Of a stretch of DNA of 64,000 nucleotides, positions 29,662 to 40,825 are shown in pieces (the first letter of the stretch is position 1; every line of letters starts with the position of its first letter). The notes below the pieces were generated by a model. The model made no database searches. It was not told the origin of the DNA and saw nothing but the letters and a program-made list of their open reading frames with translations. Source of the DNA: a virus; IMG/VR virus record IMGVR_UViG_3300035701_000011, positions 1 to 64,000 of that record, one strand, 5' to 3'. The position numbers and the translations under genes are program-made.

Positions 29662-30333
29662 GTGGAAGAAAATAAAAGATTAAAATATACTTCGTACTTG
29701 GCTGGGGCGATTGAGGCTGCTTCTAATAAGGAAATGAAATCTTGGAGAAAAGAAGTAGCCGAAAAATTAGCTAGTCCTGATTTGGGTATTTATGACCCCG
29801 TAGAACAAGAATCTAGTAAGGTAGGAAAAGAATCAGGTAAACAAGTTGAATACATTACTGGATTAAAACAAGGAGGTCATTGGGATATTTTTGGAGAAGA
29901 GATGTCTAAGATTTGGTGGGGAAAAATAGATACTCTTAAATTAGATAAAATTAGATTACTTATTTATCTTTATGAAAAAGCCAGATTAGAAGGAAATTAT
30001 TTAACCGATTTTTGTTATTGGGGAGATTACGAAGCAACTGTCCGTTCAGATTTTATTATTACTTATTATCCAAAAGATATTAGAACAGTAGGAACATTAA
30101 ATGAAGTACATACTTGTTATCTATTCAACATACCTATTTATTTAATTCTTCCAGACCATCCAAAAACAGAAGAAAATTCTACATTAATAGATGAAGTTAT
30201 GAAAAGTGGGGGCGAAATTTTTTATTCGATTAATGAGGCATGTACTTTTATTAAAGATAAATATCATTTAAAAGAACCTAAAGAAGAAAAAGAAGAAATA
30301 AAATCCGAAGAAAAGAAAGAGGACAAAAAATAA
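29662..30333 (+). CDS. Nucleoside 2-deoxyribosyltransferase-like protein
   Basis: YLAGAIE...WR...YDP...D...SDF...GT..E. Confidence 0.7.
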   Translation: MEENKRLKYTSYLAGAIEAASNKEMKSWRKEVAEKLASPDLGIYDPVEQESSKVGKESGKQVEYITGLKQGGHWDIFGEEMSKIWWGKIDTLKLDKIRLLIYLYEKARLEGNYLTDFCYWGDYEATVRSDFIITYYPKDIRTVGTLNEVHTCYLFNIPIYLILPDHPKTEENSTLIDEVMKSGGEIFYSINEACTFIKDKYHLKEPKEEKEEIKSEEKKEDKK

Positions 30334-30785
30334 TGAGAAAATTTAAAACAGGAGCGACTCGTGATAATGAAGAAGGTAAATTTGATTATGAAGGATTTTA
30401 TAATCCTTTAGTAATTAAAAGATTTGGTCAATACATGGATAAACACCGTAAACAAGCAGATGGGAAATTAAGAGATTCGGATAATTGGCAAAAAGGAATC
30501 CCCAAAGATGCTTATATTAAATCTGCTTGGAGACATTTTATAGATTGGTGGATGGAACATAGAGGATATAAAAGTAGAGAAGGAATCGAAGATGCTCTTT
30601 GTGCACTTTTATTTAATGTACAAGGTTATCTTTTTGAAATTTTGAAAAATAAAGAAGATAGACCATTTATAGAAAAAGAAGAAATAATAAAACCTACTCC
30701 GTTACCAGTAATTTGTATTGAATGTAAACAATCTAAACATTATTCATGTTTTGCTTGTACAGGTAAAAAAGGAAATAAAAAATGA
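30333..30785 (+). CDS. dATP/dGTP diphosphohydrolase-like (DUF5664 type)
   Basis: F.TGATRD...K..Y...DNWQKGIP...SAWRH. Confidence 0.7.
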   Translation: MRKFKTGATRDNEEGKFDYEGFYNPLVIKRFGQYMDKHRKQADGKLRDSDNWQKGIPKDAYIKSAWRHFIDWWMEHRGYKSREGIEDALCALLFNVQGYLFEILKNKEDRPFIEKEEIIKPTPLPVICIECKQSKHYSCFACTGKKGNKK

Positions 30786-30962
30786 CCGATAAACTCTATT
30801 TAGCATGTATAATATTTTTTACAATTGATTTAACATTAGTTGCGACTACCTGTGTATGTGTAATGATTTTAGTAAGGAAAGTTATGTTGGGTAAGGTTGA
30901 AATAAAGATAGTAGATAAGAAAATTAGATTAGACCGAGATTTTATAACAACAGGAAAATAAA

Positions 30963-31163
30963 ATGTCAGACCCAAAAGAAACAAAAAAACTAATAAATCT
31001 ACCAGAAAATATTCCTGTAGATTATAATTTTGAAAGAATGTTAAAATCTTTTATGAAACAAATCGACAAAGATGGTATTATTAAAGAAATTAAAGCTAGA
31101 CGTTATTATATTAAACCATCGGAAAAAAAGAGATTAGCAAAAAAAACAAAAAGGAGAAACTAA
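30963..31163 (+). CDS. rpsU: Phage-encoded ribosomal protein bS21
   Basis: FERMLKSFMKQIDKDGIIKEIKARRYYIKPSEKKR. Confidence 0.85.
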   Translation: MSDPKETKKLINLPENIPVDYNFERMLKSFMKQIDKDGIIKEIKARRYYIKPSEKKRLAKKTKRRN

Positions 31164-31606
31164 TGAAAACAGAATATTTTGTAGATACAGTAGGATTAGA
31201 GAAGTTATTAGTAGATTATAAAGAAGTATTTGATTTATTGGATGATATTTCTCAACAACTTTTGCAAGGAATTATAGCAACTGTAGACCAATATAAAGAG
31301 ATATTAAATCAAGCAACAGGAGCTTATGGAACATTAGAACCTCTTTATTCTATGTCTATTGCCTATAAAGAAAATTCAGAACTACATTATTTTGTAGAGA
31401 AAAAGAGAGAATTAGAATCTAAAGGAGAAAAACTTACTGTAGCTTCTGTTGATAAAGAAGCAAGTGAATCTGTAGGTCAGATTAGAAGAGTTAGAAATAT
31501 TTTAGAGGCATATGTTTCTGTTTCTGAAAAAATTATTATTACTGCTCAAACACAGATGAAACAAATGGCACAAGATTATAAATTTAAACCACAAGAAGAA
31601 AGATAA
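31163..31606 (+). CDS. Helical protein, possibly a recombination mediator
   Basis: Coiled-coil character and context only. Confidence 0.35.
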   Translation: MKTEYFVDTVGLEKLLVDYKEVFDLLDDISQQLLQGIIATVDQYKEILNQATGAYGTLEPLYSMSIAYKENSELHYFVEKKRELESKGEKLTVASVDKEASESVGQIRRVRNILEAYVSVSEKIIITAQTQMKQMAQDYKFKPQEER

Positions 31607-31703
31607 ATGAATAAAAATAATAATTTACAGAATTTATTTGTTTTACTTTTATTACCTGTTATTATGTTTATAGGAATTTTTGTATGTATTTATGAGGAAA
31701 TAA

Positions 31704-32444
31704 ATGGTTAAAAAATTAATTATAGTTGATAGTGGTAACATTATGTTCAAAGCAATCTTTGCTTTCAGGAACAATAGTCAAGTACCAGCAGTTTATACTT
31801 ATTTTAGAATGATAATTGGTTATTTGAAAAAAATTGGAGTAAACTTAGATGATAAAATAGTGGTCGCCGAAGATTTTGGTTCTTGGAGAAAAGATATAGA
31901 CCCAATGTACAAAGCTCAACGAAAAGATTATCGTGAAAGTAAAGAGGACAGCGATTGGTGGGCTGAAGTATTTAAAGAGTTTAATGATTTTCTTCCTAAA
32001 TTAGAACAATGTTTACCCTGGAATTTTGTAAAAATTTATAAGATGGAAGCAGATGATGTAGCAAGTGTGGCAATTCGTTATTTAGAAGCTGATGAAAAAA
32101 TAATGATAAGTTCTGATGAGGATTGGCAGCAATTGTGCGTTTTACCAAACGTTAAGGTATTTTCTCCATATTCAAAAAAGTATAAAATTGTTAAAAATCC
32201 AGAAAAAATCTTATTGAAAAAGATTAAAGGAGATATAAGTGATAATCTTCTGGAGGCACCAAAAACTGAAGCAGAATTTGAAAAAAGAAAAATGATTGTC
32301 GACCTTATTCATTTACCAGTTCATATAGAACAAATTATTAGACCAGTAATAGAAACCCTTCCGATTAAGAATTTGTATATTAACAAGGTACCCTTCCGTA
32401 CATGTCGTGTGGAATTACAAAAACTTTACAAATTGGAGGAATGA
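31704..32444 (+). CDS. 5'-3' exonuclease / RNase H (FEN-like)
   Basis: IVDSGN, SWRK..YKAQR, EADD, SSDED, GDISDN. Confidence 0.9.
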   Translation: MVKKLIIVDSGNIMFKAIFAFRNNSQVPAVYTYFRMIIGYLKKIGVNLDDKIVVAEDFGSWRKDIDPMYKAQRKDYRESKEDSDWWAEVFKEFNDFLPKLEQCLPWNFVKIYKMEADDVASVAIRYLEADEKIMISSDEDWQQLCVLPNVKVFSPYSKKYKIVKNPEKILLKKIKGDISDNLLEAPKTEAEFEKRKMIVDLIHLPVHIEQIIRPVIETLPIKNLYINKVPFRTCRVELQKLYKLEE

Positions 32445-32918
32445 TGGTAAAGATAATTAACAAATTACTTTTAACTACTTGTTGGATTTGTCAAGGAAAA
32501 GGATGTAAAGTTTGTAATAATACAGGAAAATGGAAAGATAATATAAATTATATTATTTATGAAAAAAATGGTAAGAAATTTGCCATAGATTCGGATAATA
32601 TAGGATAAAGGAGAAAATAATATGAGAAATTTAGCCAAAATTGTAAAAGATAAAAACAATGCTGTTTATCTTAAAGTCTATGATAAGAATGTTAAAGTTT
32701 TGGCTTATTTTAAAATTGAAGAATATAATACAGACCCAGAAGGTAAAGTAGAAGAATTAAGTGATGTATTTAGTATTGATTTATCAGGAGAAAAATAATG
32801 AAATTAAAATATAGATTAGGATTGATTGCTTATACAATTATAAGTAAATTTGGATTAAATAAAGTTACAATAGATTTATTAAGTTGGATAGAAAGAAAAT
32901 TAAATAAGGAGGAATAAA

Positions 32919-33464
32919 ATGGAAGTAAAAGGTAAAATTCTTGCAAAAAAAGGAGATAATAAAGCATTTAAACTTGATGATGGTAATTGGTACAATTTGA
33001 ATGATAATGTTATACCTTATTTAGAAAAAATGAATAAGGGAGATGAGGTTGTAGTTACTTTCGAGAAGAAGGGTGTAAGTCGTTATGTATCAAAATTAGT
33101 AAATACAGCAGAAGTAGCAAAAACAGAAACAACTTCTACTACCGAATTTGCTTGCGAGGTTTGTAATGCTCCTTTGAAAGATGGAAAATTTAAGAAATGT
33201 TATATGTGTAACAAATCTGGTGCAACCAAAAAAGAAGACCCAAAAAGTAATCCAGCAGTAACAGAACCAAAAAAACCTTATACACCTTATGATAATCCTG
33301 AAAAAACAGCACAGATTCAAAGAGGTAATGCTTTAAATGCTGCTGCTGCGGTTGTTGGTGGATGTAATTTGAATAATCCAAAAACATCAGAAGAAATAGA
33401 GGCAATAAAACAATTTACATTATTATTGGCAGAAGATTTTCTAACTTGGTTAAGAGGCGAATAA
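32919..33464 (+). CDS. Probable OB-fold ssDNA-binding protein with zinc ribbon
   Basis: beta-rich N-terminus KGDEVVVTF, CEVC..CYMC; replication context. Confidence 0.45.
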   Translation: MEVKGKILAKKGDNKAFKLDDGNWYNLNDNVIPYLEKMNKGDEVVVTFEKKGVSRYVSKLVNTAEVAKTETTSTTEFACEVCNAPLKDGKFKKCYMCNKSGATKKEDPKSNPAVTEPKKPYTPYDNPEKTAQIQRGNALNAAAAVVGGCNLNNPKTSEEIEAIKQFTLLLAEDFLTWLRGE

Positions 33465-33762
33465 TTATTCATTATTTTTGAATAAAATGAGAAAAATAAT
33501 TGCTTATTGCTTCCATTGTAAAAAAGATACAGAACAAAATGCAGTAGCGGAATCGTATTTAGGACTCGATGGGATTACTATTTTTATTAATTATTGGACA
33601 AGATGTTTAGAATGTGGAGAGAACTGTATTAACAAAACTAAAGAAATTAATTCTGAGGATTTAGAATAAAATGAAAAAATGCAAATACGAACAATGTCAG
33701 TATGATAAAAGTATTTTTTGTATACATCCAAAAAATAAAGCACAATTATGTGAACAAAATTT

Positions 33763-35622
33763 TTGTCCATTATTAAAGAGGAAAAAATAATGATAACAAC
33801 CGAACAATTATTCCAGTATCTTGAAAAAAAGATACCTACTTTTGTTAAAACAAGAAAGGCAAAGACAGGCGAGATGCTTTTTACATGCCCAAACATTGCT
33901 AATCATAAATTTAAATCGGCTCCTTCTGCAACATTTTCTCCAAGTGGAAATGTTGTATGTCTTATTTGTGGTTGGAAAGGCACAATGTTTGATGCCATTC
34001 GCATATTAGAAGAAGATAAGAAAAATAATACAGATGCTGATATTACTGATTATCTTATTGGTCTTTTACATCTCGATATGTATACTGAATTATCTTTTTA
34101 TGAAAAGTATGGATTTGCTTTAATTCCTCTTCTTCAAAATTCTAAAGCAGCATTTGAAAAAGGATGGACAGAATCTCAATATAGAGATAAAGTACATTGG
34201 ATAAAGTGGTTGAATAATTCTTTAAACATTGGACTTCGGACTGGAGAAGTTAATGGAATTACAGTCATTGATGCTGATTTTAAAGTTGCACCAATTGGAT
34301 TTGAAGAAATTTATAAAGAATTAATTGGATTAAATACATTAATGCAAGATACACCTCATGGGAGACATTTTGTTATTAAGTATGATAAAGATATTCAACA
34401 AACTACAAAAATTGCAGGAATACATCTTGATATTCGTAATGATGGTGGACAGATTGTGGCTGCACCATCTCAAATTGATAATACTTCTTATAAATGGGTT
34501 AATTTAGGAATAGAAATTAAAACCATTACTCCAGAATTAAAAATTAAATTATTAGAATTAATGAAGAAACAAACTAATAATTCTGATAAAATTTCTGATG
34601 AAGAATCTTTGAAAGTAAAGAATAACGATTTGGCAGGATGTCGAAATGATACGATGGTTTCTATTGGGGGTATGTTGATAAAACAATTAACTCCAGAGCA
34701 TACCGAATTTGTTCTAAATATTATTAATAGACATCTTTTAGAAAAATCAATGCCTTCTCATGAACTCCGAGCAATGATGGGCAGTTTAATGAATTATAAA
34801 GGGGATGATGAAGGAACTTATGAACAAACTATATACGATTATATGAGATTAATGCAGACAGATGTTACACCAAGAGATGTAATAGATAATACTAAATTAC
34901 CAAGAGCCATTGTTGATAAGTATTTAAGTAAATTTGTTAAAGAAGGCAAAGCAGTAAGAATGGGAAGAGGTCGTTATCAATATAAAGAAAAAATTGAATG
35001 GTCTGATACTATTCCTGAAATGGTAACAGAATATAAATATAAAATACCTTATTTTAATGATATTGCTATTTTTCAGGATAAAGATGTTATTCTTTTGGGT
35101 GCCAAAACTAATGATGGTAAAACTACAATAGCATTAAATATGATTAAAGAAATGATAGTACAAGGAATTAAACCTTATTATATTTATTCAGAAGCTGGTT
35201 CAAGGTGGCAGAAAACATCAGAATTTTTAGGTATTACGGGAAAATTTTATCGTACTTATCATGAGAATCCATTAGCAATAGAATTAGAATATAATGCTTT
35301 TAGTATTATAGATTGGTTACATTTAGAACATAAAGAGCTTACAGATACTACATTAAAACATTTGAATGATGAATTACAGAGAAAAGGTGGTATTTTAGTT
35401 ATTTTTACACAATTAAAAACTACAAATGAATGGTTCGCACCAAATTTAATAGACCACTATCCTACATTTGCAGCTAGATACATACAAGATAATGATTCTA
35501 AGACTGAAGGGCATTGGGATATTCAGAAAATAAAAGAACCAAGAGGTAATTTCTGTACATACATTCTTCCTAGTGAATACAATCAAGAAACTCGTATTTT
35601 TAAGAAAAAGGATATTATCTAA
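33763..35622 (+). CDS. Primase-polymerase / helicase fusion
   Basis: N-terminal Zn finger; NIGLRTG...VIDAD...TPHGRH...DIRNDGGQIVAAPS; RND; Walker A AKTNDGKTT. Confidence 0.88.
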   Translation: MSIIKEEKIMITTEQLFQYLEKKIPTFVKTRKAKTGEMLFTCPNIANHKFKSAPSATFSPSGNVVCLICGWKGTMFDAIRILEEDKKNNTDADITDYLIGLLHLDMYTELSFYEKYGFALIPLLQNSKAAFEKGWTESQYRDKVHWIKWLNNSLNIGLRTGEVNGITVIDADFKVAPIGFEEIYKELIGLNTLMQDTPHGRHFVIKYDKDIQQTTKIAGIHLDIRNDGGQIVAAPSQIDNTSYKWVNLGIEIKTITPELKIKLLELMKKQTNNSDKISDEESLKVKNNDLAGCRNDTMVSIGGMLIKQLTPEHTEFVLNIINRHLLEKSMPSHELRAMMGSLMNYKGDDEGTYEQTIYDYMRLMQTDVTPRDVIDNTKLPRAIVDKYLSKFVKEGKAVRMGRGRYQYKEKIEWSDTIPEMVTEYKYKIPYFNDIAIFQDKDVILLGAKTNDGKTTIALNMIKEMIVQGIKPYYIYSEAGSRWQKTSEFLGITGKFYRTYHENPLAIELEYNAFSIIDWLHLEHKELTDTTLKHLNDELQRKGGILVIFTQLKTTNEWFAPNLIDHYPTFAARYIQDNDSKTEGHWDIQKIKEPRGNFCTYILPSEYNQETRIFKKKDII

Positions 35623-36379
35623 TGAATAATATACATATTGAAATTTGTCCTTATTGTAATCAAAAAATAGAAGTAAGTTATGGAACTAGACCTTGCCCGA
35701 AATGTAATAAATTAATTAACATTTTTCCAGATGATTCAATTATACTAAGGAGGATGATAAATGTTGGGATTGGAGAATTATTTACAAAACTTTTTACAAG
35801 ATAAGAATTTAATTAAAAAATATTTAAAACAAATTAATACTATTACATTAATTGAAATTATAAAAATTTTACAAGAAGAATTAAAATTAAGAATTAAAGA
35901 ATTTGAGACAAAAAAGAATGAATAATCTTATTAAACATATAAATAAATTAAATAATCTTTATCATTCTTTTAAAAAAAATTATTCTGACATGAAAAAAAT
36001 GTTTCGCAATCATTCTTGTATTTTACAAAAAATTAAATTATCAGAAGAAATTTTAATGCAAGCATATATGTTAATTTCAGAAAAAACAGAAGAAACAGAA
36101 CAACATAGAGAATTTAATAAAATTATAAAAGGGATAAAAAATGAAAACAAAAATCTATAAAATTAATCCTACTAAGAAACAATTAGCCATAATGAAACTT
36201 TATTGGGATATGTTTCAAGCTGAACAAAGTAATTTGTGGATAAGAATAGGTGAATTAGAAAGAGAAATGAGCAAGAAAACTGGAATTGAAGAACTTGAAT
36301 TTTTTCAAGATGATAATGATTGGGTTGGAATAGGTCAGGGAAATAGAGAAATGAGATTAATTTATGGAGAAGATTTAAA

Positions 36380-36706
36380 ATGAACACTAAAGATGTAGGA
36401 AGAAAACTCGAAGAATATATTCTTGCTAAAGTAAAAGAAATAGACCCACAGGCAAGATTAAGTAGAGGGTCTGGTTGTGGCAATGATTATTCCGATATTA
36501 CAAGTTCACTTTATTTTATTGAGTGCAAGAAACGTAATACAATAGATTTTACAATTAAAGAAAGTGTGTGGAATCATCTAAATAATAATTTACCCATTAA
36601 TACAAAAAAGATTTGTTTTATGGTGCACGAAAATAAGAATGGTAAACGATTAGTAACATTGGATGCAGAAGATTTTTTTAGATTATTAAAGGAGAAAAAT
36701 GAATAA
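36380..36706 (+). CDS. Hjc-like PD-(D/E)XK resolvase
   Basis: GRKLE...GSG...SDI...IECKKR. Confidence 0.75.
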   Translation: MNTKDVGRKLEEYILAKVKEIDPQARLSRGSGCGNDYSDITSSLYFIECKKRNTIDFTIKESVWNHLNNNLPINTKKICFMVHENKNGKRLVTLDAEDFFRLLKEKNE

Positions 36707-37018
36707 TAAAACATTTTTAAAAATAGATATTGAAACCGATAATGTCATTATTAATGGTATTTGTATGAATGATGGAACCTTATTATGTAATTTAGGTTAT
36801 GCTTGTGATTGCTGTCCTTATAATTATGACCCAGAAGTAGAAGAACGCTTACAGGTGGGATTATAATGTTACATATTACTTATTGTTATAAAGAGGATTC
36901 TGAAGTTACTTACGAAGCAAGTTGTGAAAAATGTGTTTATTTTACTCATTTTGTGCAATTGTCTGTAGATTGGTTTGAATGTACTTATTTAGAAGAACGT
37001 TTACAAACAGGATTATAA
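36699..37018 (+). CDS. Two tandem Cys-rich micro-ORFs (36699-36866, 36866-37018) ending EERLQxGL
   Basis: Manual translation; TAATG coupling. Confidence 0.6.
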
Positions 37019-37557
37019 AATGGATTATTTTATAGATTTAATATTTGTAATAATAATAGGAATTGGTGTAGGAATAATTATTAGTAAATTATTACTTTTA
37101 ATACCGATAGGATAATTATGAAAAAATTATGTAATACATGTAAAAATTGGACAAGATATTTAAAATTAGAAGATAACTGTTTATGTTCAATTCAATCAAG
37201 AAGTATGACTGATATTTATACAAATGCTAGAGATTCATGTGGACTATATAAAAAATGGGAACATAATTTTAAAAAATTTAGAAATAGTATTAAACCTAAA
37301 ATAAAAATAATATGAAAAATAAACTAAAAATAAAAGAACCTATCTGGATTTCTCGTAGCGTGGGTATTGCTGCCAAAAGAGCATTTGCAGACCTTGAGAT
37401 ACAAATTATGTATAAGGACTCTTATGGTAATAAAGTTTATCCTGCTCTTTATAAAATTGCAAAAGAAAAGATTATAACATATCCATATAGATATATTGGT
37501 GGTAATAGAATTTATATAGTACCTATAAAAGATTTAACAATTATAAAGGAGAGATAA

Positions 37558-37677
37558 ATGGACTATTGTGGAAGTTGCGATATTGCGTATGAAGGAAGAG
37601 ATTGTCCACTTTGTGAAGCAATGAAAGAAATAGAGGAATTGAAAAAAGAAATAGAAAGAATAAATAATTTAGAATAG
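37558..37677 (+). CDS. 39-aa zinc-finger/coiled-coil microprotein, paralog of 56536-56655
   Basis: MDYCGSCDIAYEGRDCPLCEAMKEIEELKKEIERINNLE. Confidence 0.7.
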   Translation: MDYCGSCDIAYEGRDCPLCEAMKEIEELKKEIERINNLE

Positions 37678-37920
37678 GAGTAAAAATGTCAAGAACTAAG
37701 AAGTATATTTACGGAAGAAATAATACAATACATCGTACTAAATTATTAAATATAGAAGTAGATAAAAGAACAGGTGAGATAGTTTCAGTATGGTTTAGAT
37801 GTATGATTCTTCCCTTTGATGTAACAAAAATAGATAAAAATAGAGCAAATGAAATGAGAAGAGTATATAAAGAAAATGAGATAATACAAATAAATGCTAT
37901 AGAAATAGAGGAGGTTATAG

Positions 37921-38937
37921 ATGGGAAGAACTAAAGGTGCAAAAGGTAAAAAGAATAAAGCAGAAATTGCATTAGAAATTGTTAGAAAACAAGAATGTTC
38001 ACCAGTAAATGAACATTCACAAATAGTGAACAATCCTTTAATAGAAAAAAATAATATACAAATCTCTCAAGAAAGAAAAGATAAATTAAATCAAACTCTG
38101 AGGGAGATTAATAAAATTATTCCTGATTCTGTTAAGTATGCTAAAGATATTGAAGTTAAGGAGAGGCAATCCTTTGGTTATAAATGTCTTGATAAATTAA
38201 CAGGCGGTGGCATAATTAGAGGTAATTTTACGACTATTTGGGGGTCAAAAGCATGTGGAAAAAGTACAATTGCTTATAAAATGATTGCAACAGCCCAAAA
38301 AGAAGGTAAAATAGCAACTTATTTGGATATTGAGAGGTCTTACGACCCCCTATGGGCTGCAAAATTTGAAGTAAATGTAAACGATTTAGTTATTGTGAAT
38401 ATAGAAACAGCAGAACAAGCATTAGATACAATTATAAAATTATGCCGAGAGGATGTTATTGATTTGATTGTTTTGGATAGTATTCAAGGTCTTACACCGA
38501 AACAAGAAAATTATGCTGGTAAAGGAGAAAAAGAAAGGTCTGTGGAAGACGATAGTATGGCATTACTTGCCCGTAAACTTTCACAATTTTTTAGAATGGC
38601 TGCTGCTCCAGTTTCTAAGGCTAAATGTGCAATATTATTGATTGGGCAAGCACGAATGGATTTATCATCATTTATTAAGTTAGAAACCTTATCAGGAGGT
38701 CATGCTTTGTTACACAATAGTCGTTTAATTTTAAGATGTAGAAGAGGACAGGGTGCAGATGCTCCCACAGAAAAAAAAGAAACAGGAAAAATAACAGAAA
38801 AAGGTAAACCAGAAATGAAATCTGTACCAATAGGATTTGATTGTGTTATTCATGTAAATAAATCACAGATACAAGGATGTACAGAAGGTGATGAAATACA
38901 CGTACCCTTCTATTATAAGGATGGAATAAAAGAATGA
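37921..38937 (+). CDS. recA: RecA recombinase
   Basis: LDKLTGGG, GSKACGKST, LDIERSYDP, VLDSI, LARKLSQ, SGGHAL. Confidence 0.92.
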   Translation: MGRTKGAKGKKNKAEIALEIVRKQECSPVNEHSQIVNNPLIEKNNIQISQERKDKLNQTLREINKIIPDSVKYAKDIEVKERQSFGYKCLDKLTGGGIIRGNFTTIWGSKACGKSTIAYKMIATAQKEGKIATYLDIERSYDPLWAAKFEVNVNDLVIVNIETAEQALDTIIKLCREDVIDLIVLDSIQGLTPKQENYAGKGEKERSVEDDSMALLARKLSQFFRMAAAPVSKAKCAILLIGQARMDLSSFIKLETLSGGHALLHNSRLILRCRRGQGADAPTEKKETGKITEKGKPEMKSVPIGFDCVIHVNKSQIQGCTEGDEIHVPFYYKDGIKE

Positions 38938-39187
38938 AAAAAATAGGTATTTTTAAAATTTATTTTTATCCTTTAACAATTACTGGATTTGGAATTCATG
39001 CCGATTACAAATTATTAGAAATTAGTTTGATTTGGTATAATTTAATTATTGATTGGGATGAGGAAGAAAATGGATAACTTCACTTTAGATAAATGTTCAG
39101 TTTGTGGTGAACATAAGGCATTGAAGAATGGTGTATGTGTTGATTGTGATAAGAAGAATGATATGCCTAATTTTTTAAAAGATTTAT

Positions 39188-39613
39188 TTGGAGGATTTAA
39201 AAATGAAAAAATATAAAAGAACTCTATTAGATGAAATAAGATATTATGGATTTTATATTTGGTGGAATTTTATTACTGATTTAAAATGGAAAATTCCTAA
39301 TCTTATTCATCGTGCTTATTATGGATGGGGTAAGGCAGATACGTGGAGTTTTGATACTTATTTAGCAAAAATAATTAATGAAGGAATTACTTATCTCAAA
39401 AAAGATAAATCAGGAATACCTTGTGATTTAGCAGAAAAATATGATGATGAAATTGCTATAATAAAACGAGATGAAAGATTAGATAAAATAATTCATGCTT
39501 TTAAATTACATCTTATTTGGGTAGACGGAAGAATATTAACAGAAGAAGAAAAAATAGAATACCAAGAAGGATTAGAATTATTTATAAAATATATGGGAGA
39601 TTTGTGGAGTTAA
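39188..39613 (+). CDS. Conserved phage hypothetical protein
   Basis: DTWSFDTYLA..I...EGLELF..Y..DLW. Confidence 0.65.
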   Translation: MEDLKMKKYKRTLLDEIRYYGFYIWWNFITDLKWKIPNLIHRAYYGWGKADTWSFDTYLAKIINEGITYLKKDKSGIPCDLAEKYDDEIAIIKRDERLDKIIHAFKLHLIWVDGRILTEEEKIEYQEGLELFIKYMGDLWS

Positions 39614-39758
39614 TTATGGCTAAATTACCTTTTTATTTTAAAGATGTTAAAAACTATGTTAAAAATGGAAAATTATGGGTGGATTTTAAAATATCTAATA
39701 TTGGTATATTATGTTTAATTATAGATTGTTTAATTAAAAAATTAATTAGAATTAAAAA

Positions 39759-40124
39759 ATGAAAATTCTTATTTTAGAAGATAATTTAGACCGTATAGAA
39801 AAATTTAAACAATTATTTAGAAATCAAGAATTATTTATTTGTGAAACTGTAAATGCAGCCAAAGAAGCATGTTTATTAAATGATTTTCAAACGATTCTAT
39901 TAGACCATGACCTCGGAAATGCAATTTGGGTAGATTCAAATGAAGAAAATACAGGGTATACATTTGTAAAATGGTTGGTTGATAATGAAAGTCAAAAGCA
40001 AGCATTATGTTATATTCATTCTATGAATTTTGTAGGGGCAAATAAAATGATGAATTATTTATTAGATAATGGAAGAGATGGAATTTGGATTCCATTTCAT
40101 TTATTAAAATTGGAGGGCATGTAA
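39759..40124 (+). CDS. Receiver-like domain (cyclic-phosphate-processing type)
   Basis: ILILED, LLDHDLG, TGY..VKWL, IHSMN.VGA..M. Confidence 0.8.
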   Translation: MKILILEDNLDRIEKFKQLFRNQELFICETVNAAKEACLLNDFQTILLDHDLGNAIWVDSNEENTGYTFVKWLVDNESQKQALCYIHSMNFVGANKMMNYLLDNGRDGIWIPFHLLKLEGM

Positions 40125-40825
40125 TGGATAAAGATAGAATGATACAGCAACAAACAAACCTAAAACAAAATAAAAATAAATCTTCTGAAGAAATTGAACA
40201 ACTGGTTGATAAAAAAATTCAGGAAGAAGAATTATTAACTGCTTTTATTGGATTAAATGATACCGAAAAAATAAAAGCAATGCAATTATATAATCAGTAT
40301 ATAACCGAACATAGTTTTGAGTCTTTAGCCGAAAAGAGTACACTTATTAATTTAGTCTATCTTGAAATTTTAAATGATAGAGTTAAATTATTTATTGAAA
40401 AAGAAGGTAATGAAAAACAAGGTGCTATACCATTAAGAATGACCGAACAACTTGTTGAAAATACTACACAAATAATGGTACTCAAAGAAAAATTAGGTAT
40501 GCTCAAAAATAAAGAAGATGAATCTGCTTTAGATTTGATTAATGAATTAAAAGAAAAAGCATTAACCTATTATAATGAACATGCTGGAGAGACCTATGTA
40601 AAATGCCCAGAATGTCAGAGTTTATTCAGATTATTAATGAAAGTAGATGGATTAGAACCTGCAAAAGCGACATTTTTTCGTGGCACGACCCTTTACAATG
40701 TTAAATTAATGGAACTTTATCATTATAAAAAAGTAACATTAGAAGACTGTGCAGAAATAATGGGAGTTAATAGTAAGTATATTACTTTTATTTATGAAAA
40801 TATTTATTTAAAAAAGGCGGAATAA
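40124..40825 (+). CDS. Helical protein with CPEC motif; possible terminase small subunit
   Basis: Position upstream of the terminase-like gene; C-terminal HTH-like segment. Confidence 0.35.
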   Translation: MDKDRMIQQQTNLKQNKNKSSEEIEQLVDKKIQEEELLTAFIGLNDTEKIKAMQLYNQYITEHSFESLAEKSTLINLVYLEILNDRVKLFIEKEGNEKQGAIPLRMTEQLVENTTQIMVLKEKLGMLKNKEDESALDLINELKEKALTYYNEHAGETYVKCPECQSLFRLLMKVDGLEPAKATFFRGTTLYNVKLMELYHYKKVTLEDCAEIMGVNSKYITFIYENIYLKKAE

